Source: Polyangiales bacterium (lineage in GTDB: Bacteria; Myxococcota_A; Polyangia; Polyangiales; Ga0077539). From it: a stretch of DNA of 64,000 bases. Numbering within the stretch: the first letter of the stretch is position 1; every line of letters begins with the position of its first letter. A program made the translations under genes and the position numbers. Shown here piece after piece: positions 1 to 7,927 of this stretch. The stretch covers positions 1 through 64,000 of the forward strand of contig JBGARZ010000006.1 of the NCBI GenBank assembly GCA_044229975.1. Reading direction: 5' to 3'. Under the pieces are notes generated by a model. That model was not told the origin of the DNA, did no database searches, and worked only from the letters and a program-made list of their open reading frames with translations.

Positions 1-1
1 G

Positions 2-268
2 TACTTACGACTGGATGATCCGATCTTCGATCGTCAGGTTTCGCTCCGCGACGCCTACAAGATTCTCGAAGCATTCGTCGTGCAATACAATGAGCGCGGA
101 GAGTCCTCGACCGTCAGCCTTATGTCGGATATCGGCATCCTGGCCGACGGCACGTCGAGCGATCCAGCTCAGATCCGTGACTTCGTTCGCGTTGCAGCAG
201 ATCTTCTTGGTGATGATGTGTTGCGCGCGGTCGCATCCGGCCCCAGCGCTGACCAAGGCAATGATTGA
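2..268 (+). CDS. Cassette 1 hypothetical protein (5' truncated by window edge); near-identical to cassette 2 gene
   Basis: Sequence from position 1 repeats at 571 (570-bp period); frame YLRLDDPIFDRQ...ADQGND*. Confidence 0.7.
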   Translation, partial: YLRLDDPIFDRQVSLRDAYKILEAFVVQYNERGESSTVSLMSDIGILADGTSSDPAQIRDFVRVAADLLGDDVLRAVASGPSADQGND

Positions 269-450
269 CGACACACTGAGCGGTGAACTGGCCCCGCGGA
301 AGAGCAACGGGCGGTCAACGGTCAACGGACAACGGACAACGACTGACGAAAACGAGGAACTCGGGTGACAACGGGCGGCGACAACGAGCGCGGTGGCAAC
401 AGCGACGGACTCTGGCGGACGAGCGCCCGGCGTGAGGCTGTGATCGGCAT

Positions 451-541
451 GTCTAACAAGCCGATGGTGCCGACCGCCTACACCTCACCCGCTGCCAACC
501 CGTCGTACCCGCCGCGGCGGCACATCGGCCAGCCGTTAGAC
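451..541 (+). repeat. attC site 1
   Basis: GTCTAAC-AAG-CCGATGGTGCCGACCGC ... GCGGCGGCACATCGG-CCAGCC-GTTAGAC. Confidence 0.93.
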
Positions 542-565
542 GGGTCAAATTACGGAGAGTCAGCA

Positions 566-826
566 ATGCGGTACTTACGACTGGATGATCCGATCTTCGA
601 TCGTCAGGTTTCGCTCCGCGACGCCTACAAGATTCTCGAAGCATTCGTCGTGCAATACAATGAGCGCGGAGAGTCCTCGACCGTCAGCCTGATGTCGGAT
701 ATCGGCATCCTGGCCGACGGCACGCCGAGTGATCCAGCTCAGATCCGTGACTTCGTTCGCGTTGCAGCAGATCTTCTTGGTGATGATGTGTTGCGCGCGG
801 TCGCATCTGGACCCAGCGCTGACTAA
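566..826 (+). CDS. Cassette 2 hypothetical protein (86 aa)
   Basis: ATG at 566 after GGAG; MRYLRLDDPIFDRQ...SGPSAD*. Confidence 0.75.
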   Translation: MRYLRLDDPIFDRQVSLRDAYKILEAFVVQYNERGESSTVSLMSDIGILADGTPSDPAQIRDFVRVAADLLGDDVLRAVASGPSAD

Positions 827-1020
827 GGCAATGATTGACGACACACTGAGCGGTGAATTGGCCCCGCGGAAGAGCAACGGGCGGACAACGGACAACGGAC
901 AACGGACAATGAGTGACGACAACGAGGAACTCGGGTGACAACGGGCGGCGACAACGAGCGCGGTGGCAACAGCGACGGACTCTGGCGGACGAGCGCCCGG
1001 CGTGAGGCTGGGGTCGGCAT

Positions 1021-1111
1021 GTCTAACAAGCCGATGGTGCCGACCGCCTCCACTTCACCCGCTGCCAATCCACCGTGCCCAATGCGGCGGCACATCGGCA
1101 GGCCGTTAGGC
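1021..1111 (+). repeat. attC site 2
   Basis: GTCTAAC...GTTAGGC, same internal arms, 91 bp. Confidence 0.93.
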
Positions 1112-1143
1112 GGCGCACAGGGCGGCGCTGCTGAGGTTGGTCA

Positions 1144-1497
1144 ATGCCACAGATGAAAAACTTCCGGTTCAATGGAGGTGAAGTCGTTCGACTTGTGCAG
1201 GACCATCCAGGCGATGGCTTGGAAGCCGGCGATTGTGGTCTGGTTTGGGGTGTATACGATATGGAGCCAACCCTGTACGAGGCATCGTTCTTCGACAGAA
1301 ACGGCAACAGCTCAGATATGATGTTTGTGGAGGGGGATGTTGAAGAGGCGCGCAGCAGTGAGTCGCCGTTCGCGGAGAAGATAGAAGAACTTCGTCGCCT
1401 GCTTGACGATTTCGAAGCCAAGCTGCGGAGCGATGAAGCATATGGTCGCCAGACAACACTCGAACCGGCGACCAGCACGCAGCGAAAGGGTAGATAG
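1144..1497 (+). CDS. Cassette 3 DUF4926-like protein (alternative start 1153)
   Basis: VVRLVQDHPGDGLEAGDCGLVWGVY...YEASFFDRNG resembles the DUF4926 pattern. Confidence 0.7.
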   Translation: MPQMKNFRFNGGEVVRLVQDHPGDGLEAGDCGLVWGVYDMEPTLYEASFFDRNGNSSDMMFVEGDVEEARSSESPFAEKIEELRRLLDDFEAKLRSDEAYGRQTTLEPATSTQRKGR

Positions 1498-1628
1498 CAA
1501 GCTACGGAAGATGAGGGCAACCACGTGACGGCAAAGCAGGTGATCGGCGAGACGACGAGCCGTGACGGGCTATGGCTGCCCTGCGACCCGAGTGCGTCTG
1601 CACCGATTCACGGAACTTCGTCCGGCGC

Positions 1629-1719
1629 ACCTAACAAGCCGATGGTGCCGACCGCTCCCAATCCACCCGCCGCCAACCCGCCGCGCCCAATGCGGCGGCA
1701 CATCGGCCAGCCGTTAGGA
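1629..1719 (+). repeat. attC site 3
   Basis: ACCTAAC...GTTAGGA, 91 bp. Confidence 0.92.
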
Positions 1720-1781
1720 AGCTTGGAGAGCGACGGGCGGCGCCCTGCGAAGAGCACGGATCGGGCCACGATCGGTGACCA

Positions 1782-1869
1782 GACGAGCGTCGGGCAACGG
1801 ACAGCGGGCTTCGACCAACGAGTGACGAGCGTCGGGCAACGGACAGCGGGCTTCGATCAACGAGTGACG
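1782..1869 (+). repeat. 42-bp tandem repeat (2 copies plus partial) inside cassette 4
   Basis: GACGAGCGTCGGGCAACGGACAGCGGGCTTCGAYCAACGAGT at 1782 and 1824. Confidence 0.9.
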
Positions 1870-2026
1870 GGCAGCGGGCGACGCACCGCGAAGCCGCAAG
1901 GACGCAAGGGCGCAAGGAGCAGGGCAACGTGAAAGTCAGAGGCGCGACGACGACGGAGGTGTTCGCAATGAGCGAGCGCCCTGCGTCCGGCACCGCCACG
2001 TTTGCGATGCCGTCAGCCTGGAGCAT

Positions 2027-2117
2027 TCCTAACAAGCCGATGGTGCCGACCGCTCCCAACCGGCCCGAGGAACCGTCACCTGATACGTGGCGGCGGCACA
2101 TCGGCCAGTCGTTGGGC
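2027..2117 (+). repeat. attC site 4
   Basis: TCCTAAC...GTTGGGC, 91 bp, divergent central loop. Confidence 0.92.
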
Positions 2118-2125
2118 AGGTATCC

Positions 2126-2605
2126 GTGAATCCAGCGCTTCGAAAACTTCTCGACGACTCGGACGACCCCGAAGGTTGCGAGGTGCCCGGAGAGGACTGG
2201 GCGGCCTTCCCGTACGACGCACTCGCGGCAAGCGTTGGGAAGATTCAGGACACTCTACGCAACGAACTCAATCTGCCGTTTGATCGCGATGGATATGTGC
2301 AAGACGCGTCCTTTCACGACGAACTGCGACGACTTCATCCGGACAGCTTTCGCGCGAAGGGCGTCGTAGCTCTCACTCCCGAGATCGCGGTGCGGTTTTC
2401 GAACTTCGGGCGCCTTTATACGATCTACAGCGCTGTGCCGGACTCTCTGACACATTACCCGGCGGATAGAATCAGGGCAGTGATCGAACTTCAAGGCTGG
2501 AGATATGTGCCAGTAGAAGAACTCGGCGAGATCTACGACGGCAAGAACCGTGCACTCAACAACGGAAGAATCACTTGGTGGATCCGGTTCTTCGATTACT
2601 TGTGA
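2126..2605 (+). CDS. Cassette 5 hypothetical protein
   Basis: GTG at 2126 just after attC4; globular-looking ORF ending WWIRFFDYL* before attC5. Confidence 0.75.
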   Translation: MNPALRKLLDDSDDPEGCEVPGEDWAAFPYDALAASVGKIQDTLRNELNLPFDRDGYVQDASFHDELRRLHPDSFRAKGVVALTPEIAVRFSNFGRLYTIYSAVPDSLTHYPADRIRAVIELQGWRYVPVEELGEIYDGKNRALNNGRITWWIRFFDYL

Positions 2606-2628
2606 ATGTGACGCATGCGACCTGACGT

Positions 2629-2719
2629 GCCCAACAAGCCGATGGTGCCGACCGCCCACACCTCACCCGCTCGCAACCTGTCGCGCCCGCTGCGGCGGCA
2701 CATCGGCCAGTCGTTAGGC
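2629..2719 (+). repeat. attC site 5
   Basis: GCCCAAC...GTTAGGC, 91 bp. Confidence 0.93.
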
Positions 2720-2851
2720 GCGAGAGCGTCAGCCGGACGGCCGATGGACCCGTCGTCTGATAAGTGCTAAGTGAACCGTCGTCGGCAGATGAGGCGCGCC
2801 CCAATGCATCAGACGAAAGTCTGGTCGCTTTGACCGCAGGAGGAGAGGCGA

Positions 2852-3181
2852 GTGAAGCATTGGAGTTCGGATAGCCACGATGAGCGGTTCCTACGTTCCG
2901 CAGAGGCAGCAGAGCGGTACCTATTGGATTGCAAGGCGAAGGCAACCACCCGTCAAGCCTACAAGATGCTGCACGACGAAGCTCTCGCCAGGTTCTATGT
3001 CTTTAACTACCTGCACGGAAGGCCTTTTCTTGCGAGTCGAGAAGCGCTTCTCTGCGAGCTTCGACGTCTGCTGAATGAACAGCCGACGGTTCCGTCAGAA
3101 GCGTTCGATGGCGATCGATTTCGATCGTGTCGTCAAACGTGCATTGAGGGAATTATCCGTCGGATCGAGAGCGACGAGTAG
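2852..3181 (+). CDS. Cassette 6 small hypothetical protein (109 aa)
   Basis: Strong AGGAGGAG RBS upstream of GTG. Confidence 0.7.
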   Translation: MKHWSSDSHDERFLRSAEAAERYLLDCKAKATTRQAYKMLHDEALARFYVFNYLHGRPFLASREALLCELRRLLNEQPTVPSEAFDGDRFRSCRQTCIEGIIRRIESDE

Positions 3182-3311
3182 TCCAAGGAACCTCATTGAA
3201 AGTCAGGCGTGGCACGTCAAGGCCGATGTGGCCAGCGAAAAAACCAAACTCAGACGCACGCTGCGCCAGTAAGTTAGCTTCATGCGTACGAGCGCTGAAG
3301 AGGAGCAAACC

Positions 3312-4238
3312 ATGAATCAACCGTCCTACAAATTCGCTCTCCACAATCCCTCTCGCAATTGCAACTACTATTGCGTCGATCCGTTGGGGGATGGTGGCTT
3401 TGGCGATGTTTGGGGTGGATTTTCGGACACAGGACTGCGCATCGCCGTCAAATTGTGGCGTCCTACGTCCGACCGAAATCGTGACTTGTCCGGATGGCTG
3501 AACGAACAACAGCTTTATCTTCAGTGCATATTGCATCCTTATATTATCTCCAGTTACGACCAATTCGTTTCTCCTGCCGGAGACCTCGTCATTGTAATGG
3601 AACGTGCGGAAGGTAGCCTCGAAAAGCTCGTAACGTCGCATGGCAAGCCTGATGTCCGATTCGTCATGTCAGCGGGAATTCAGATCTGTTACGCCTTGGA
3701 ACACGTTCACGCGATCAATGTAATCCATCGCGATGTTACGGCTCGCAATGTACTTTGGTTCCCGAACGGGATTGTAAAGCTGGCTGACTTTGGAATTTCA
3801 AAGGCGCTACCTACAGGCGAAGACTTCGCGCGTACGCTAATTGGGCTTCCTGGCGCAATTCCACCGGAACTTCTAGAAGCCGGGCGATCAACACCGCAGT
3901 CAGATATCTACCAACTCGGCCTTGTTCTTCTCCACTTGCTACACGGAAGTGCTCCGATTCCGCCGAACATCGAACAGGCTCTGTCGTTGAAAATGATCGC
4001 GGACGGCGTGCCGCGTCAGATGGCAGAAGCATTGATACCGCATCACGGAAAACTCGCGGAGATTGTGTCGATGATGCTCCGCCGTAGAACCGAGTGGCGA
4101 TATCAGTCTCCCGCAGATGTGCGAGCCCACTTACAGGAAGAGCTGAATCGCATACTGAGGGTCGATCAGATGATCGCACAACTGTTTTCGCAGCCACCAC
4201 GACCGTCAGTGCCACCGATCTTCAAGCCACGGAAATAA
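3312..4238 (+). CDS. Cassette 6 Hanks-type Ser/Thr protein kinase (soluble)
   Basis: LGDGGFGDVW, AVK, IHRDVTARN, KLADFG, PPE, SDIYQLG motifs; GAGGAG RBS before ATG 3312. Confidence 0.93.
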   Translation: MNQPSYKFALHNPSRNCNYYCVDPLGDGGFGDVWGGFSDTGLRIAVKLWRPTSDRNRDLSGWLNEQQLYLQCILHPYIISSYDQFVSPAGDLVIVMERAEGSLEKLVTSHGKPDVRFVMSAGIQICYALEHVHAINVIHRDVTARNVLWFPNGIVKLADFGISKALPTGEDFARTLIGLPGAIPPELLEAGRSTPQSDIYQLGLVLLHLLHGSAPIPPNIEQALSLKMIADGVPRQMAEALIPHHGKLAEIVSMMLRRRTEWRYQSPADVRAHLQEELNRILRVDQMIAQLFSQPPRPSVPPIFKPRK

Positions 4239-4272
4239 CGGCTTGCGACCATTCGCGGACTTGGAAAATTGT

Positions 4273-4363
4273 GCCTAACAAGCCGATGGTGCCGACCGCC
4301 CACACCTCGCCCGCTACCAACCCGTCGCGCTCGTTGCGGCGGCACATCGGCCAGCCGTAAACG
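4273..4363 (+). repeat. attC site 6 (degenerate R' core GTAAACG)
   Basis: GCCTAAC and conserved arms, but right core reads GTA instead of GTT. Confidence 0.85.
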
Positions 4364-4385
4364 GGCAACCAAGGGGTGACGTTCC

Positions 4386-5027
4386 GTGTACTATTCTCGG
4401 TTTCGACATCTGGCCATCGAGAGGCAGCAGAGTCCGCCAGAGGCATCCGAAATCGAAGCGATCGAGGCGCTCTTGGGCGCCTCACTGCCCGACTCGTTTC
4501 GAGCGTTTCTTGATGTTGCGAACGGTGGCAGCCTTGAGTACGTCATCGACGTGCCGTTGGGCGGTGGCGGAACGGAGTCGATGTCCTTCGGCGGACTCTT
4601 CTCGACACGAAACGGCACGTTCTGTGACGAGACCTTCCTCGGCGAAATTCGCTCCGAGCGTGAGCGCACCAAGATTCCCCTCGGAGTGCTCCCGTTTGCT
4701 CGCGATGGCGGGGATTCCATGGTCTATCTGGACCTCTCCAGTACCGGCAAAGGTCGGGTGGTTGCATTCGTTCGCGGACTTCCAGAGTGGGCCGGACTGC
4801 GAACGGATTCGGTGTTTGTTGAGTTGGCGCGGTCCTTCGACGAGTACGTGAGCAAGCTCCATCTCGATCGCGCCGACGTCATCCGAAGCCTCGCCGAAGA
4901 CGTGAAAACAGGCGACCATGTTGACGCGACCGAAGAGTGGCTCGATATCGGTATGCCCGGATGGAAAGAAGATGCGGAGTTGAGCACTGCGGTGGGGGCG
5001 GCGCGACGCCGCGTGGTACTCGGATGA
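4386..5027 (+). CDS. Cassette 7 SMI1/KNR4 (SUKH) family protein
   Basis: EIEAIEALLGASLPDSFRAFLDVANGG ... LPFARDGGDSMVYLD ... LARSFDEYV. Confidence 0.88.
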   Translation: MYYSRFRHLAIERQQSPPEASEIEAIEALLGASLPDSFRAFLDVANGGSLEYVIDVPLGGGGTESMSFGGLFSTRNGTFCDETFLGEIRSERERTKIPLGVLPFARDGGDSMVYLDLSSTGKGRVVAFVRGLPEWAGLRTDSVFVELARSFDEYVSKLHLDRADVIRSLAEDVKTGDHVDATEEWLDIGMPGWKEDAELSTAVGAARRRVVLG

Positions 5028-5076
5028 CGAGGCGGATCCAGATGAAGGGCGCGCGGCGTGGTGTGGCGCTTGGCAC

Positions 5077-5167
5077 GTCTAACAAGCCAATGGTGCCGAC
5101 GGCCCCCGCTTCACCCACCACCAACCCGCCGCGCCCGATGCGGCGGCACATCGGCCAGCCGTTAGCA
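5077..5167 (+). repeat. attC site 7 (terminal)
   Basis: GTCTAAC...GTTAGCA, 91 bp. Confidence 0.92.
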
Positions 5168-5571
5168 GGGTTGAGTGGCTGAGCTGAGCGCCGCTTCGCC
5201 CGCAGCGTATCAACCGCCAGCGTGCCGTCGCCCCTCTGGACGGGAGCTCCGGGATTCTGTAGTCGCAGCCTATGAGCGCCGCCACCGACGTGCCGAGTCC
5301 CGACGGCCTGACGATCAAGCAGGCCCGAATCCTGGAGAGCTACTACTCGCTCCGACAGCGCCTTCCCGGTCCGAGCATCGGGAGCCACGAGCTCGCGGTC
5401 GTCGAGGTCGCCGTCCGTCGCGGGGACGGGCGGCGCGGCGACGACCGGGGCATCGGCGAACGCGGTGTGCACGGCGGGCTTCAGAAGACGCAAGGATCCA
5501 CCACCCCCCGTCACCGGCTCACGAAAAAGATTGGTGAGCCGGTTTGCCAGGGTGGAGGCTCAGCACCCGTC

Positions 5572-6780
5572 ATGAACCGACACCCTCACCTCCCCCTTCT
5601 CCGGTGCGCCGCGGGCCTCCTCCTCGTGGGCCTCGCCGCGGGCTGCGGCGGCGTCAGCATCGACGCCTTCGGGCCACTGCCCGACGCCGCCACGAGCGAC
5701 GCTGCGGCCTCGACCGACGCCGCAACCTCCGTGGACACGGGCACCCGGACGGACGTCGGCGCCACGATCGACATCGGCGCCACGATCGACGTCGGCACCA
5801 CGATCGACGTCGGCGCCACGATCGACGTCGGCACTGCGATCGACCGACCGATGGGGCTCGACGTCGTGACGACGCCGGTCGACGCGGCCGGCCCCTTCTG
5901 TCCGGTCGCGCTCTGCGTCACCGGCACGCGTTGCTGTGAGGCGCTGCGCCGGTGCATGCCCGCGGGCGTGCTCTGTCCCGACGAGGCGCCCGACGCGGGC
6001 CCTGCGACCTGCACCGCCAACGATCAATGCCGCGCCGGCGCGTGGTGCCAGGGAAGCGGCTGCGGCACCCCGGGCGTCTGCACCCCGCTCGGCGACATCT
6101 GCCCGTCCACCTACGACCCCGTCTGCGGCTGCGACCGGCGCACCTACCCCAACGAGTGCCTCGCCAACGTCACCGGCGTTCGCGTCGCCACGCGCGGCGT
6201 CTGCCCCGGAACCGACGCGGGCACCGCCGACGCGGGCCCTGCCACCTGCCGCACCAACGCCGACTGCGCGACCAACCGCTACTGCGCGGGCGACGGCTGC
6301 GGCGCCGCGGGCACCTGCGCGGTGCGCCCCGAGGGGTGCACGGCGGAGTACAACCCGGTGTGCGGCTGCGACGGGCGCACCTACGGCAACGCGTGTGGCG
6401 CAGCGAGCGCGGGCGTTCGGGTGGCGACGCGCGGGGCGTGCGTTGTCGACGCGGGCGTGACCGACGCGGGCGCCGCGGCGTGCGTCACGGCCTCCGACTG
6501 CCGCGCGGGCAACGAGTGCGTGTACCCGTCCACCGCGTGCGCCCGATCGGGTGTGTGCACCTCGGCGATCGCGTGCTTCGTCGCGCTGCCGTTCTGCTCG
6601 TGCACCGGCGAGACGTACCGCGCGTGCCGCCCCGACCGGCCGACGAGCGCCAGCGGTGAGTGCGCGGCGACGCCCGATGCGGGGACGTCGTTCTGCGCGA
6701 CGGCGCGCTGCACGGCGACGACGTTCTGCTGCGAGTCCGCGCGGGCGTGCATCCCGCTCGGAACGACCTGCCCGCGCTGA
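5572..6780 (+). CDS. Cys-rich lipoprotein with Kazal-like domains
   Basis: Lipobox LAAGC; YDPVCGCDRRTYPNEC and YNPVCGCDGRTYGNAC; D(V/I)G(A/T)TI repeats. Confidence 0.85.
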   Translation: MNRHPHLPLLRCAAGLLLVGLAAGCGGVSIDAFGPLPDAATSDAAASTDAATSVDTGTRTDVGATIDIGATIDVGTTIDVGATIDVGTAIDRPMGLDVVTTPVDAAGPFCPVALCVTGTRCCEALRRCMPAGVLCPDEAPDAGPATCTANDQCRAGAWCQGSGCGTPGVCTPLGDICPSTYDPVCGCDRRTYPNECLANVTGVRVATRGVCPGTDAGTADAGPATCRTNADCATNRYCAGDGCGAAGTCAVRPEGCTAEYNPVCGCDGRTYGNACGAASAGVRVATRGACVVDAGVTDAGAAACVTASDCRAGNECVYPSTACARSGVCTSAIACFVALPFCSCTGETYRACRPDRPTSASGECAATPDAGTSFCATARCTATTFCCESARACIPLGTTCPR

Positions 6781-6816
6781 CCCCACCGGACGAGCGCGGC
6801 CCGCTCTATCGAGTGG

Positions 6817-7776
6817 TCACCCGACCCTGCGATCGACGGGCCCGAGCGAGCCGACGTCGTCGGGACGCAGAAACGCGCCGCCGCCGATGCCGACGAAGTC
6901 GATGGCCGGATTGCCGCTCGCGATGGCGCGGTCGGCGTACGAACGGGCCCGCGCCGCCCGCTCCGGCTGGTAGCCCAGACGGAACATCAGCAGCAGCAGG
7001 CTGTAGGGCATCAGCCGCGCCGATGCCCACCACTCGTTCACGGCGCCCGACACCACCTGCACCAGCAGGAGCAGGGCCCGCCCCGTCACCCGTGACAACG
7101 ACCGGCGCGCCTCGTCGCGACCGACCACGAAGTCCCACACAGAGGTCCAGCGCCACGCGTCCGTCACCCGCGGCGGCAGCAGGGGCTCCGGGACGTGCGA
7201 CAGCATGATCATCTGCGCCGAGACGTACGCCCAGACGAAGGGGTTGGCCGCCGCGACCGTCGGCGCGAAGAGGGTGCGCTGCGCCGGGTCGAGGACGAAG
7301 AACCGGCAGTAGTACGCGTCCGCACCGAACGAGAGCGCGAGCGTCAGCGGCACCGTCAGCGCCCACCAGAGCAGCAGCCGCGCTTCGAGCGCGACCAGCA
7401 GGTACCAGGCGAGGAGGAAGAGCGCGTACGCCGTGGCGCCGTTGAGCGACGGACCGGACCAGCCGTGCGCCGCCGGGTGCGCGCCGAGGCGGAGCTGCGC
7501 CAGGGCGGCCATGAGGAAGAAGTTCACCGCGGGCATGAACACGGCGTGGCCGAGCCGCGCCCAGATCCGCCGGTGGAAGACCTGAAACAAGAAGAGCTGC
7601 AGGTCGAAGCTGGTGACCGTGAGCTGCGTGAACGGCGCGACGACCAGGAACCCGACGGCCCGCGTATACCAGCGGTGCTTCCCGTCGGGCGGCGCGATCA
7701 GCCAGCCGAACCGTCTCGCGAGCCAGCGCGCCTCCCGCGACGGCGGCACGAACACTTCCATCCCCCCCGACACCAT
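6817..7776 (-). CDS. Membrane protein, possibly Mpo1/DUF962-like
   Basis: Several hydrophobic segments; FQVFHRRIWARLGH and LSHVPEP His motifs; start uncertain (7776 or 7761). Confidence 0.65.
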   Translation of the reverse strand: MVSGGMEVFVPPSREARWLARRFGWLIAPPDGKHRWYTRAVGFLVVAPFTQLTVTSFDLQLFLFQVFHRRIWARLGHAVFMPAVNFFLMAALAQLRLGAHPAAHGWSGPSLNGATAYALFLLAWYLLVALEARLLLWWALTVPLTLALSFGADAYYCRFFVLDPAQRTLFAPTVAAANPFVWAYVSAQMIMLSHVPEPLLPPRVTDAWRWTSVWDFVVGRDEARRSLSRVTGRALLLLVQVVSGAVNEWWASARLMPYSLLLLMFRLGYQPERAARARSYADRAIASGNPAIDFVGIGGGAFLRPDDVGSLGPVDRRVG

Positions 7777-7927
7777 CGCTTCGCCGCCAGGTCCTGCCAT
7801 CGGTCGTGCTCGCTCCCGTACCATTATCGCCGGAGGTCCGGTCGCCGGCCCATCAAGTTTTCTTGATCGCGCCCCGGCGAAATCTCGACGGCGTCCGGCG
7901 GGCTTCGCGAGACGGTACGATCGCGCC

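Larger units (their letters stand above)
1..5167 (+). mobile_element. Integron-type gene cassette array (distal part; no intI/attI in window)
   Basis: Seven 91-bp imperfect palindromes with RYYYAAC...GTTRRRY-like ends separate short, co-oriented genes that are more AT-rich than the flanking DNA. Confidence 0.93.

Noticed and set aside
451..5167. CRISPR array interpretation of the recurring repeat
   Set aside because: Repeats are 91 bp, spaced by 300-1550 bp of gene-bearing DNA, with attC core sites; no cas genes present
5272..5571. N-terminal extension of the Kazal lipoprotein, or a LexA-like HTH fragment (LTIKQARILE)
   Set aside because: The signal peptide starts at 5572; the resemblance to LexA is too short to support a call
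5750..5845. 18-bp tandem repeats
   Set aside because: Encode a linker in a lipoprotein; similar linkers occur in several lipoproteins here
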